Assembly (NCBI RefSeq): GCF_018977255.1
Contig: NW_024704743.1
Location: 55,616,001-55,680,000, forward strand
Direction: 5' to 3'
Length of the DNA: 64,000 nucleotides
Source: Callorhinchus milii
Taxonomy: Eukaryota
Shown: positions 26,020 to 39,011 of the stretch, piece after piece
How positions within the stretch are numbered: the first letter of the stretch is position 1
How the letters are laid out: each line of letters opens with the position of its first letter
The notes under the pieces: generated by a model
Told to the model about the DNA's origin: nothing
Seen by the model: the letters and a program-made list of their open reading frames with translations, nothing else
Databases searched by the model: none
Program-made: the position numbers and the translations under genes

Positions 26020-26885
26020 TAACAACAAAATTACATCTATATAGCGCTTTCACGTTGGGAAGACCTCTCAAGGTGCTGGATGGTCAGTGTTTCGGACCCA
26101 AGCCTGGCGTCAGGAATGGGGAGGGTGGAGGCAGGGTGAAGGAGGGTGATCGAAAGCACGGTTAAAGAGGAGGCTCTTGAGATGGGTCTTCAAGGAGGCA
26201 AGAGAGGGGGCGAGGTGGAGGGACTGCGGGATGGTGTTCCAGAGGGTGGGAGCAGAGTGGCAGAAGACCCGCTTGCCAATGGTGGGGCGGGCAAGACGGG
26301 GGATGTGAAGCAGGCCGGAGCCCGCTGAGCGGAGGGAACGGGCAAGATGGTATGGGGTTAGAGGTCGCAGAGGTGGGGAGAGCGAGGCCTTTAAAGTTGA
26401 GGACCAGGATCTTGAACTATTTCCTCTTTGTGATGGGAAGCCAGTGGAATCGGGCGAGGATGTGGGTGATAGGGTCACAGAGCCTGGTGTGGGAGAGGAC
26501 ATGGGCTGCAGAGTTCTGCAGTCTTTTGAGGGAGGAGTCGAGGAGGCCGACAAGCAGGGAGTTTGCATATTCAAGCCTGCGTGTTCTGAATGCGTGTATG
26601 AGTGCTCGACGGCCTGCGGTGTGGGACAGTGCCGGAGCCGGGCAACGTTGCGGAGATGGGGGAAGGCAGAGCAGGTCATGGCGTAGATGTGGGGTAGAAA
26701 GGATAGTTGAGGGTCAAACAAAACCCCAAGGTTCTGGACTGGCTTAGCAAGGTGGAGTGTGCAACCATGGATGGTGATGCTGTCAGCGCCTGAGGTGTGG
26801 AGTTGTTGACAGGAGCCAATCAGGAAAGCCTTGGTCTTGTTGATGTTCAACTGAAGAAAGTTGGCTTTCATCCAGGACAGACATC
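26020..26885 (-). mobile_element. L2 LINE 3' fragment
   Basis: SWMKANFLQLNINKT, NLGVLFDPQLSF, SAPTLWNTIP and LKTHLK motifs; closely related to 357-1250. Confidence 0.93.
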
Positions 26886-28184
26886 TCATAAAACTTGGAT
26901 GTTCTGTCAGCTACTCAGTAACATTCAATGAGCAGGTTGAGTGAAGTAATGGAAGAAAAAGTTCAGAAGGTTATGGAAGGAAGTAAATGCGTCAATACCA
27001 ATGACAGTATACTTTGTTGTAACAGAAGTCGAAGGGAAGATTTGTTTTCCCATTGAATCTCTGAATGGGAGGAACATTCCAGCCTAATTGTATATTTAGA
27101 AATATTTCCAAAAGGAATTTAATGAATACTTTGTAAAGTCTATAGACAAAGGCTTTGATGTTGTGGGTTGTGATAGAGATCTTAGTGCAATGGAACAGAT
27201 TGGAGCCGAGGAGATTAGCAGTTGGGGAAAGAGAATTGAAGCTTTTTTATTACTTTAATAAGAAAATTCTTAGGACGAATGTTTTCTCTGTGGGAGTAAC
27301 TGAATTATGATTAATCTATATTAGAAAGCACAAATATCAAAAGGAACTGGGAGGCTGAAAATATTCAAAATATTTGGGACCTTTTTGTTTTGAACATATA
27401 CGGAAACCCATTATCACCCTTAAGAGTATCTAAACCAGTCTGGAATTCCACATATGTGTGCCACCTGCACATTGAGATTTTTGAGATGCACTCTCTCCTT
27501 AGAGGGCTGCATCCTGTTTAAATAATGTTGGAGATTACAAGTTGCCAAGGTTTCGGACCCCAGAGTGTGCTTTGGTGCACTTTAGGAGTTTAACCGGCTA
27601 AAACAGCATTGCTAGCCATTGAGAGCACTGTGTGGCAAGCTTCCCACTGTTTGTCCTGCTAAGATCACCCTACCTGTTAGGGTTTTGGCTTGTACGTTAA
27701 AGGGAGTTCAGTGGGAAAAATCCCTGGTCCCAATGAAATGTCCTGCTTCTCCATGTCCTGCCAATGAACCAGGATGCCTGGTCTGTCATCATCAGTAATT
27801 CTCTGAAGTACTAAGGATCTGCCTGGATCAGGAACTCAGGAACCTTGGCAATATTACTTCAAGAAGTACTTTAAGTCTCATTTTTTCTGAGATGTGGTAC
27901 TAATTGCATTATGCAGTGCTTTTTAATCCCAAATATCACAAAGCTGTATTGTACAACTGTTAGAATTTATTTCAGTTGAAAATGGGAAGCTTTGTAATTA
28001 ATGGGGCTGGTAAGAGTCATGATTGAATGTTGTCTTTTAAGTTCTCAGTTGGGTGGGTGCTCAGTATAGGACCTCAGCTATTGATGATTCTGCATTTTCA
28101 TCTATTCTTTTCTATGCCACGACTGAATTCAGTAAGAAAATGGGCTTCGATTGTGAGACTACCAACTGATTCTTTCTGCCACAG

Positions 28185-28316
28185 GTGCACTTGAACAATC
28201 CAGAAAACTCAACTTTCTGTGTTCAAATGGAAGATTTTAACAACATCAAGCAGCTGGCCAATGAAGCAATGGGATACCATGTTTTGGTTTACAGCCTGAT
28301 GATCAATTGTACCAAG
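28185..28316 (+). CDS. CRPPA: CRPPA coding exon (exon 9 equivalent), 132 nt, phase 0-0: VHLNNPENSTFCVQMEDFNNIKQLANEAMGYHVLVYSLMINCTK
   Basis: Acceptor ctgattctttctgccacag; donor AAG|gtaggg. Only this frame is open. 44 codons align with recalled human VHFLDF...MENLMQIREFAKE...LLYGLLISYPQ. Confidence 0.92.
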
Positions 28317-29849
28317 GTAGGGATCTCGCTTTGACTATCCTTATTGTGAAGAAGAGAGATAGTCATCTATTTCAAATTTTAAAAGAGCAAGTCACAATGT
28401 TTATTTTATTTCCTTGTTTTGGGAGGTGGGGTTGTGGGGGTTAACTTTACAGGACATGCTTTCTGGAATGCTTCTTTTAAAATCTGTCAGTGCTGGGGGG
28501 ACCAATTGATTATGTTTTGCTGTTAAATTGACCAAGTACTGATGCTGCATGAGGAAACAGTGCATGAAAGTTTACTGGTCTCTTATTGCCTTTTGATGAC
28601 CAACAGTGACAAGTTGACACATTGAAAAAATGTCTGTTTAAAATCACATCGCAGCTTTTATTAGTTGAGCCATTCAACAAAATATATACAGTTTGTCATA
28701 GTTGCTCAGTCCTGCCAGTCTTTTTTAAATTCTCTTATGAAGCAGTACAACTGGTTGCAGTAATCATAAGATGCAGGATTCAAAGTTTGTGATCCATTTC
28801 TACAGATCCAAGTCACACAAATGGGGATTCTTTCTGGTAAATGAAGTACATCACAGGAACTTCGCTTTGACATGATATATTTCCAAAATAGAGTTTGGCA
28901 AGTATTTCTTATTGAGGATTTCTATTTGAAATCCTACATATTGGACCCCACTGTGGCATTTTAGTTCTAAGCAGCACTTTTCATTTTCAGTAGATCAAAA
29001 AATGCATTGCCCTAGCAGGATTGGTTTAATTTCCTGTTAGAAGGCTCAACTATTCAAATATTAACAGATAGGCCACTATATACTACTTTCTTTGATACCA
29101 AGCATGAAGAAGTAGAATAGATTTGCATGCAACCTGTTGTCTTTTTCAACCCCGTCATGTTAGCACACTTAGAACTCTCTTATTCATAGTCAGGGGTGTA
29201 ATATTTGTAAATCCAAAACGCAGTTTAGATTCACTAGTTCCTTTATTTAAACCTTACTCTTCCATAATCTGCCCAGTCACTTTCCCAGAATCATTTTATG
29301 CTTGCTTGCTTCTCATTGTCAATGTCCAATTACCAATTAAGTCATTAAAGCAATATGCAACAAGGGGCACTTCTGGGCAGGAAATGTCACAATAGATAGA
29401 TTTCTGATTACATTGTTTGGACACTCTCAAAGTGGGCACTGCCGTACTGCATTCTCATAGCCCAGCACTTATCTGGAGAGAACGATTGGGTTTAAAATTT
29501 AGCATTTGCAAATCGTATTTGTGTTGCTAATTAGTCATTTGACTTTGTGAATGTGGGACTGTGAGATTCATGGAGGAGGTTTGCACAATGCCCACATGCA
29601 AGGCGATATTGTCGGGGTGGGGGAATAAAAAGAAAAGTCTGGTTTGTGAAACTCACTGCAAATGTCACATTTTGAAATTCGAAAACAGGGAGTGGCATTT
29701 TCAACCCCAGTGTGGTCAATTCCTCGTGCACTCGTACATGACCATTGAAGTCAGAGATAACACTTTGACTATTCAAGATCTGAAGTTAGAACCTCAACTG
29801 TTTCCCCCGCTATTGGGCTCCGACATTGGCTATACAATTCTAAATTGCA

Positions 29850-30155
29850 TATAAGATTTTAAATGGGATTGAGGAATTAAATCCATAGCAATACTTTCAG
29901 ATATATCAAGCCAAGCACGACAAACTGGCACAGGTTCAGGGTTGTAAATGGGAATTTCAGGACAAACACTTAGAAATTTTCCTCCGCAGAAGGTAATTCG
30001 TGACTGGAACAGGTTACCAGGAAAGGTTGAAGTTAGGAGCTGAACTTATTAATAAAAAAAACCTTGATGCTGTGATTGGGAACAGTAGAATAGCTATCCT
30101 AAAAGGATGAGGTTAAATGGGTCGAAGGCTGTCTTCATCTCACTCTCTTAATCTT
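29850..30155 (+). mobile_element. Old CR1-like LINE 3' fragment
   Basis: tataagattttaaatgggattgag...tggaacaggttaccagg...aaatgggtcgaaggctgtcttcatc. Confidence 0.55.
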
Positions 30156-30779
30156 GTTGTGCCAACCTAAGAAAGATCACTGGCCATTCTTGCAGACTTT
30201 CTGCATGAGATTACTAGTTTGTACCATGTAACAGCAGTTTTGAATTGTAGGCCTGTGGCTACAGAAACTCGGTTGAGAACTCTTCAAAGTCAGTTCACGT
30301 AAAGTCATTACAGCAGGCGAGCGAAGAACCTTCATCCACATCTGGATTTGATTAATCCCCAGAGGTGCTAATCTGTAATGCTGCTCCATCTTTGAATTGG
30401 ATTGGTATGCAACTTCTAACATTGGGGCACCTCCTGTTCTTAACCAGAGTATTACCGCACTTAGTATTCAGGTTGGTTTCAGGAGTATATGAAAAATGAT
30501 ATAGCTTTAAGAATGTTTCTGAATCTTCAAATTAAAGCATTTTCCATAAACTAAACTCCTCATCTTTGGAAATTTCTGTATTTAGATAATATGTTACATT
30601 AGTTATTCAGTTTGTCATGTTTTTCCACTGATTCTTCTGGAAGAGAAGTCACCTGCCATCTCAATTGAAGCAGGTTTACACTGTGAAGGGAGAGTCATGA
30701 GGGCATTATGTGTCATCACAACAACATTAGCATTAAACAGTTGTTATAACTGTTGTTTGGGTTCAGTCTCAGAAGCTTT

Positions 30780-31047
30780 GTTATCCTTGCATTTTTTGCA
30801 CCTGCATTTGATATTGTGAGGACCCTTTCACAATGTGAGGATGTCTCAGAGTGTTTGAAAGAATATACTGTAAAGTGTATTGACTGGGAATTTTGTGGAT
30901 GATTATGGCAGCAAATTAATTTACACATAGCAATATCACATAAACAGACAAGATCGCCAATGTCGTACCTGGGGGGTTGTTGGCCAGCACACTGGAAGAA
31001 GCTCCCTTCTCTTTCAGATAGTGCTGCAGGATCTTTAATGTCCACCT
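30780..31047 (-). mobile_element. Deu-domain-type SINE 3' half
   Basis: atccttgcattt tail; ttggccagcacactgg; ggatctttaatgtccacct. Confidence 0.75.
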
Positions 31048-31238
31048 TTTATTTGGTCAGCCGGGTGTCTCTTAAGAGTATTCAAACCAAGCTGAGAGTT
31101 CCATGCATCCCACCTATACATGGAAATTCCAGAGATATTTTTTGGAATGGAATGTGCACATTCTCCCTGGTGGGACTCATCCTGCTTACCTAATTCAGGA
31201 TAGTATTAGGCGTAGGTTGGCAAGCACCAAGGCTTGGG
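31048..31238 (-). repeat. Family X, 3' portion
   Basis: Reverse complement of 19140-19350; minus strand ends gacacccggctgaccaaataaaa. Confidence 0.85.
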
Positions 31239-31249
31239 TCAACCTCTTG

Positions 31250-31900
31250 GTCTCTCCCTCAGACTCACTGAACCAGTGTGCAATCTAGGCGTCCGGTTTG
31301 ACCCCCAGCTGTCCTTCCTCCCCCACATCCAGTGCCTGACTAGGACTGCCTCTTCAACCTATGCCACATTGCCCGTCTCCGCTCGTACCTTACCCCAAAT
31401 GCAGCCGAAACTCTCCTGCATGCGTTTGTCACCTCCTACTTGGATTACTCAAATGCACTCCTCGCCGGTCTCCCCAGCTCCAGTATTCAAAAGATCCAGC
31501 TCATTCAGAACTCTGCCGGCATATGACTTGGACCAAACTCCATATCCACATCTCACCAGTTCTGGCCAGGCTCCACTGGCTCCCCATCACCAAACGGATT
31601 AACTTCAAGATCCTCACACTTGTGTTCAAATCCCTTCACTCTCTGGCACCTCCCTAACTCTCTGGCCTCCTCACTCCCCAATCCACACACGGCGCCTTCA
31701 CTCGACTGCCACTGGCTTCCTGCTCATCCCTCGCACCCTCCGCCCCACCATCGGAAGTCGCGCTTTCAACCACTACGCCTCAAAACTCTGAAACACTCTC
31801 CCTCAATCCCTCCGCCTTACTTCCTCTCTCCCATTTTTCAAGTCCCACCTGAAGACCTTCTTCTCCAACCATGCCTATGGCTGCCTCCCTTCCCGGCTCG
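31250..31900 (+). mobile_element. L2 LINE fragment
   Basis: NLGVRFDPQLSFLPHI and LARLHWLPITKRINFKIL motifs. Confidence 0.92.
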
Positions 31901-32180
31901 GAGCTATAACACCTGATACCCGTTATTAGCAAAGTGTAAAAAATGGCTAGCCTCTGGGTTGTCAAGTCTGCATTGATGTCACTTCCTGCGCTAATGGGCT
32001 CTATGGGCTAAAAGCTCTGCTAAGATCTTTCTGTGTTCTGCCTTGATACAAAAATCATCTGCTGACTTTATTTCTTTAGCAAAGTGATGTTAGTGAAGCT
32101 TTCTGCACAAGGCGCACATCCGCAGCACTTGGGTAGTGATGGAAGCGTTATATGTCGTTGCTCCCCTTATTGTATAGTAT

Positions 32181-33417
32181 ATCATAGAATCATAGAATCG
32201 TACAGCACAAACAGAAGCCATTCGACCCATCAAGTCTGTGCTGGCTCTTTGAAAAGAGCAATGTAATGTCAATCCCAGCCCTTTCCCCACAACCCTGCAA
32301 ACCCGTCCGCCTCAAATACCCGTCCACCGCGTTTTTAAAAGTTGTTATTGAATCGGCCTCCACCACCCTTTCAGGCAATGTGTTCCAGATTCGAACAACT
32401 CGCTGCATGAAAGAAATTCTTCTCACCTCCCCTCTGCTTCTTTTAGAGACTATTTTGAATCTGTGACCTCGAGTCACCGACACACCCACCAGTGGAAACA
32501 GTTTTTCCCTTTCTAACCTATCAAATCCCCTCATGATTTTGAAGACCTCCATTAGGTCTCCTCGTAACCTTTTCTGCTCCAATGAGAATAATCCCAGCCT
32601 CTCTAGCCTTTCCTCATAATCAAGGTCCCTCATTCCTGGTACCATCCTTGTAAATCTCCTCTGCACCCTTTCCATTGCCTTAACATCCTTCCTATAGTGT
32701 GGTGCCCAGAATTGGGTGCAGTATTCTAACTGAGGCCTAACCAGTGTTTTATATAGGTTAATCATAACCTCCTGACTCTTGTACTCTATGCCCCAATTTA
32801 TAAAGCCTAGTACCCAATATGCCCTTTTTACAGCTTTATCTACCTGTCCTGCTACCTTCAAGGATTCATTTACCTGAACCCCCAGGTCTTTCTGTTCCTT
32901 CACCCCCCTTAAGATTATATTATCTAACCTAAATTGCCTCCTCTCATTCTTTCTTCCAAAATGCATTACTTCGCATTTCTCCACATTGAAATTCATCTGC
33001 CTTGTGTCTGCCCATTTTACCATTCTGTCTATGTCTTCCTGCAGTTGGCTACTATCCTTCTCACTGTTTACTATCCTACCTAACTTTGTGTCATCTGCAA
33101 ACTTGGAAATGGTACTTGCTATACCCAAGTCCAGATCATTTATGTATATTAAGAAGAGCAGTGGTCCTAATACCGATCCCTGGGGGACGCCACTGTACAC
33201 TTACCTCCAGTCAGAAAAGCAGCTGTTCACCACAACTCTCTGCTTTCTGTCTCCCAGCCAGTTCTGGATCCATGCTGCCACTGTCCCTTTTATACCATGG
33301 GCTTCTACTTTTCTTACAAGTCTTTTATGTGGCACTTTGTCAAATGCCTTTTGAAAGTTCATATAAACTACGTCAACTGCACTACCTTCATCCACCTTCT
33401 CCGTTACCTCATCGAAA
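32181..33417 (-). mobile_element. Young 5'-truncated CR1 LINE (reverse transcriptase C-terminal half)
   Basis: FQKAFDKVPH, SGVPQGSVLGPLLF, FADD and YKTLVRPQLEY motifs. One in-frame TAA at 33203-33201. Tail (ATTCTATG)n. Confidence 0.97.
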
Positions 33418-34489
33418 AATTATATTAGATTTTTTAGACAAATATATAATATATACTTATGATTTTGAGCTCTGGCTTTTCTATCTCAGAACAATGTTAC
33501 TTGTTTGAACTGCAGTGTAAATTTAGTAAATGATTTCTAGTGCAGTTGATACAGTCCAATCAACTACAGATCAAAAGGGCCCCTCCTGATTTGAACATAG
33601 AATCGTAAAGAACCAAACTTCTTCAGTTCGATCCCATTGTACAAACTTCCTGATTGTGTGTGTGGAATCCTAATTGATGCTTGAGAAACTCTGCAATTAC
33701 TCATTTTTAATCATGCTCATGCTAGTTGTGGTCAATCTGGCATTCCAGCTGTGTAAAAGTACAGATTTCTATTCCATGTTTTCCAATATGCTTCTTTAAA
33801 TTGAGTTGATGGATGAGTCATTAAATGGGGTATGGTACAACATTTCAAATGTGCTGTTTTTATACATAGCTTACAGAACGATTGATTCAAGCATACAATT
33901 TCTTGGCAATTCTGCTTTGAGTTATAAAGGTTCAAACTGTGCTGAGTATTTTGGACTGATGAGTTTCTGCTGTTATCTGTACATTGCTATCAGTTTCTCT
34001 TCCACCAAAATCTGTTTCTTCACTTGAGAAGTCAGTTATTGGGAGCACCTCCTCAAGTGACTTTCTAGCTGTTTACTTTTAGTTCCAGTGCAGCTTATTT
34101 TAGAAAAGCTGATCTATGTAATTGGCGTGCAGTTATAATCCCATGGATATGACAAAATGATTTGGACCGGCTTACCGCAAGGCTGTGGTCTTTTCAATTT
34201 TGTTTTCCACAAGTACAGTACATTACGCACTCCTGGGTTGGCAAAACTCACAATGTTATAATGACAATTGCTCTAAAGTTATGGGCGGGTGGGTGGGTGG
34301 GCTGGTGGAGGAAACTTGAAAACAGGTCAATGCAATCTGGGATGAAATGGTGAGAGCATTCTTCTGCCTGGAAAATGGATTTAGTTTCTGGGTTTGTTAT
34401 AATGGCTGAGGACTTGGGTTGATTAGAAACCCAACTGAACAACTCGGCAGCTCAGCTGCTGAGTGCTGAACATGAAATTACCATTGGAA

Positions 34490-36667
34490 ATCACCATCCA
34501 AGACCTCATTGTCGATGAACACATAGACATTCTCGCCCTCACTGAAACTTGGATCACTCCAAGTGACACCTTCCCCCTGACTGAGGCCACACCACCCGGC
34601 TACACCTTCCATCACACCCCTCGACCTAACTGCTGTGGTGACGGGGTGGCTCTCATCTCCCAGTCCCCACTCGGCCTATCCCCTTATTCCTCTGGAACCT
34701 TCCCCTCCTTTGAGCACCTTACCCTCTACCACCCCTCTAACCTTTCCCTCAAAATTCTCCTTATCTACTGCCACCCCAAGCCCTCTCCCACCTTCATCCC
34801 TGACATCCCCACCCTCCTATCTTCCCTCTCCCTTTGCTCTGAAAGCCTCCTCAACCTTGGCGATTTCAACCTTCACTTTACCCCCTCCTACTCTACCTCC
34901 GCTGACTTTTCCTCCCTTATCTCCTCCCTCAATCTCTCCCTCCACATCCACTCTGCCACCCACATCCACGGTCACCCCCTCAACCTGGTGATCACTCAGG
35001 GCCTCACCATCTCAGACCTCACCATCATCGACAAAGCGATCTCGGACCATCACTTCATCTTCTTTAACTCCTCAATCCCTCTTCCCACCACCACCCAACC
35101 CACCTCCATCTCGTACCGTCCCTGGAAAAAAATCTTTTCCCCCTCCCTCTCGGCTGCTTGGAGTCATCTGAACTCCTTTCCCTCTGGGCGTCCTCCCGCA
35201 ATGACCTATCCTCCTCGGTCACCCTTCTCCCAGCTCCCTCTCCTCTATTCTCGATTCCCTCGCTCTCCTCTCTTCCCAAACTGTCTCCTACTCACCCACA
35301 TTACCTTGGTACACCAGCCACCTCTGCTCCCTTAAAGCCCAGGCGCATTCCGCTGAGCGCACCTGGCTTAAATCAAACCTAACTGTCCATCGGCAGACTT
35401 GGCTGGACCATGTCAAATCCTCCGCTCCGCCCTCACCTCCGCTAAATCGTCGTTCTACTCCAAGACAATCTTGGAGGCTAAGGACAACCCCAGGCTCCTC
35501 TTCTCCATCATAAAACCGACTCCTCCGTCCACCCTCTCATGCTTCACGCATCCTCATCTCAAATGCCAACTGCGAGGCGATGCTGGACTTCCTCAAATCC
35601 AAAGTCGAGGGAATCCGCTCAGCTGCCTCTGCCACTGCTACCCCCTCCCCATCTCCTCCTCCCACCCCATCTCCTACCCACCCCTCCCTCCACACTTTTA
35701 TCTCCTCCTCCTCTCTCATCACCATCATAACCCGTATGAAACCCACCACCTGCTCCCCGACCCCACCCCTACCCCCCTCCTTACCTCCCAGCTCAACCTC
35801 CTTGCCCCTCTACTCATTGACAGGTTTAACCTCTCCCTGTCCTCTGGTACTTTCCCACCCCTTTAAAAAACGCTGTTATCATTCCTATCCTTAAAAACCC
35901 TCCCTGGATCCTTCTCTATTTCCTAACTACTGCCCCATCTCCAACCTCCCCTTCCTCTCCAAGGCCCTGGAACAAGTTGTTGCTTCTCAGCTTCGCTTCG
36001 TCCTCTCCATCCACTCCCTTCTCGAACCCCTCCATTCGGGCTTCCATGCCACCCACAGCACAGAAACAACCCTGGTCAAAGTGACAAATGACATTCTGTC
36101 CATCTGCGACCAGGGCTCCCTCAGCCTCCTCGTACTCCTTGACCTCTCTGTTACATGGGGTCAATTTCCACATGTATGCAGATGGCACCCAACTCTACTT
36201 CTCTGCCTCCTTGACTCCAGAACCACTGCTGTCCTGACAGAATATCTATCAGGCATCAAGTCCTGGATGAGAGCTACCTTTCGTTAGTTGAACGTCACCC
36301 CTTGGCTCTCCTGATTGGCTCCCTCAGCGCCTCCTCACCTCAGGCATCACCATCCATAGTTCCGGCCTGCTTCACTTCCCCCGCCTTGCTCATCCCACTA
36401 TTGGTGGATGTGCCTTCCGCCATTCTGCACTCACCCTCTGGAACTCCATCCCGCAGTCCCTCTGCCTCACCCCCTCCCTTGCCACCTTCAAGACGCCCCT
36501 AAAGACCCTCCTCTTCGACGGTGCTTTCGATCTCCCTGCTTCCCCACCTGCCCTCCCCCACTACCCCACCCTGACCCTGAGCCCGTGTCCATAACTCTTG
36601 TCTGTCCAGCGCCTTGGGACGTCCTCCCGACGTGATAGGCGCTGTACAAATGTAATTTTGTTGTAGC
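34490..36667 (+). mobile_element. L2 LINE ORF2 remnant: APE endonuclease plus internally deleted RT and 3' tail
   Basis: DILALTETW, LGDFN, THIHGHPL and ISDHH endonuclease motifs; PISNLPFLSK, LLDLS and YADG; tail ggcgctgtacaaatgtaattttgttgt. Confidence 0.95.
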
Positions 36668-37383
36668 TGTTGGTGCCGTGTTACAGGACCATATGGCAAA
36701 AGCCTGAATTTCTGACAGTTGATTACAACAGTTTTTGCTCTGCGCCTGCTCTGATTTGGATGTGTCCCAGATGTGGACTTCAGCTTGGTTCTGGGTTAAA
36801 GCGATCAATGTCTGGTTATCTCCTACAGACTGCCCACTTCTTCTTTCTCCTCACTGCAGTGTCAATCCCTTGCCCTGTATCTGTCAAGTAATTGCACTCA
36901 TAATTTATATTACAGTCATTGCAGCCCTTTGAGATTATGTCACATTTTATTCACTTTCTTTGTGATTTTGTCACCGAGTCATTTTGTTCTAAGATACTCT
37001 GATGAGGATTGGTATGAATTAGTAAATTCTCTATATGACCAGCAAGTGCATAGGGTCAAAATTTAGTTAACGTTGGTCAATCAATCTGTTGACATCTATT
37101 TTCCAGCTGAATACAGGCAAAGAGTCCTTTTGTTTGGTCTCCTGCTCCTGAGTTACTGCCCAGTTTTTCTAAACATCTTTGGGTTTCATATATACTGACT
37201 CGTAGAAACAGTAGCAGAGAAATTCCATCATCACCAGCATGTTGAAGAGGACTGACTGCCTATCTGTCTCATCAGAATATCCAGTCAGACTCAGAATGAC
37301 CTCAACTGAGTTTGAATGTGCTGCCTGGAGCCCATTGAATGGTGCATTTTTAAACACAGGGAAGATTCTGAAAAAAGACCTTT

Positions 37384-38090
37384 TGGGAAAAGGCCAAAGA
37401 GGTATTGCTGAACTTGTACATCGTTAGTTAGACCACAATTAGAATATTGCATCTGGTTTTGCTCGTACCATTTTAGGAAAGACATCAAGAACATAGAAGG
37501 GTGCGGAGGAGAATAAATAGGATGATACTGGGATGAGTGGTTTAGTCTATGAGCAAAGATTGGAGGAACTGGGACTTTTTCCACAGGAACAAAGAAGGTA
37601 AGGGGGTGACCTGTCAGAGGTCTTTAAAGTCATGAGGGGTTTTAATAATAATAATATTCCTTGCAGTTGATATAGCCTCCTCACATCTTTGCAACATCTC
37701 GAAGCTCTTCATGGAATATACTGTAAAATGAATTGACTTTAAAAAAAAATTTTGTGGGCGAAACATGGCAGTTTTGATAGAGTCATTAGGGAGAAATTGG
37801 TAAGTGAATCAGTGACTGGAGGGCATCAATTTAAGATAGTTAGTACATGAGCAAATGGAGAACTCAGGAGAAATGTTTTCACACGCAGAGTTGTTAGGAT
37901 ATGGAATGCCTTGCTGGAAGCGGTGTTTAAGGCAGAATCCATATTAGCTTTCAAAAGAGAACTAGGTAGATATCTAAAAAGGAGTAAACTGAAGGGGTTT
38001 AGGGAATAGGCTGGTAAGTAGGACTGAAAGAAGCCAGCAAAGACACGATCAGCTGAATGGCCTTGTTTTGTGCTGTAAATGTATGGTTCT
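37384..38090 (+). mobile_element. Degenerate CR1 3' fragment interrupted by a SINE
   Basis: gttagaccacaattagaatattgc...ggggtgacctg...atggaatgccttg...aatggccttg. Confidence 0.85.
37644..37770 (-). mobile_element. 5'-truncated SINE inserted in CR1
   Basis: (TAA)n tail; GTTTT on both flanks (37639-37643 and 37771-37775). Confidence 0.85.
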
Positions 38091-38216
38091 GTGGATTTGG
38101 TTGGCTAGAATAGATCTGACAAGATGGCATGTTCGAGCTCCAGTGCCCATTCCAATATTGTGCATTTTCAGGCAAAATTCCAGAACTCACTTATCATTTC
38201 CTAGCATTAGCAATTT

Positions 38217-39011
38217 GGAGTCCTGTAGCATAGTGGTTAGAGCACTCGCCTCACAAGCAAGAGGACCCTGGTTCGATTCCCAGCAGGGCGAAATGTTGAG
38301 CATAGTTTTCTTACTCCACACACCTCTGTTAATCCAGCAGTAAGTAGGAACCCGGTGGTTAGTCGATTGGCAGATCACTTTTCCCCGGTTACCCCAGTCC
38401 TTGCCAGACTGCACTGGCTGCCTATTCCAGAGAGGATCGATTTCAAGATCCTCACCCTTGTATTCAAGTCCTTGCACTCCTCTGCACCCCCCTGCATCTC
38501 TGAACTCCTCTCTCCTCAAAACAGTACCCGTTGCCTTTGTTCCTCTGGGTCTGGCCTCTCCCTCGGCGGCCGTGCCTTCAGCCACTATGCCCCGAGGCTC
38601 TGGAACTCTCTTCCTCACTCCCTTCGTCTCGCTCCCTCTCTTCCTATTTTCAGGTCTCTGCTGAAGATCTTTCTCTTCAACCGCGCCTTTGGTCACCTTC
38701 CTCCCCCTCTCCCTGGCTCGGTCCCGGGATCCGTTACTATGAAGCGCTCTGAGACGCCGTCTGGTGTGGAGGGCGTTATATAAATTCAAGTTGTTGTTGT
38801 TGTTTCTAGGGTTAATAATTCTTTCAAAAAAATAATAATAACTTGGTCACTTCAATCCATGACTGTTTGCGGTACACTGCTGTACGCAATTCACTGCTGC
38901 GTTTTGTCACCAAAATATACAGTCAATTTATAGTATATTCTGTGAAGCGCTTTGAGGCGTCTTCAAGGTGTGATAAGGCGCTATATCAAATGCAAGGATT
39001 ATTATTATTAT
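38217..39011 (+). mobile_element. Full-length tRNA-derived SINE split by an L2 insertion
   Basis: A box tagcatagtgg and B box ggttcgattcc. The two halves are contiguous in the intact copy at 43099-43447. Confidence 0.92.
38369..38804 (+). mobile_element. L2 3' fragment nested in the SINE
   Basis: LARLHWLPIPERIDFKIL and APRLWNSLP motifs; (GTT)n tail. Confidence 0.93.

Noticed and set aside
23531..28316. Tudor- or CARF-like protein formed by joining the 130-nt exon to its neighbours
   Set aside because: The flanking exons are CRPPA exons 8 and 9, which join directly in frame. The motif resemblance is coincidental.
33196..33208. Perfect donor GAG|GTAAGT at the CR1 stop codon
   Set aside because: It is antisense to CRPPA, and there is no evidence of a transcript that uses it.
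38217..38290. tRNA gene
   Set aside because: It is a SINE head: it runs into the SINE body and recurs in diverged copies.
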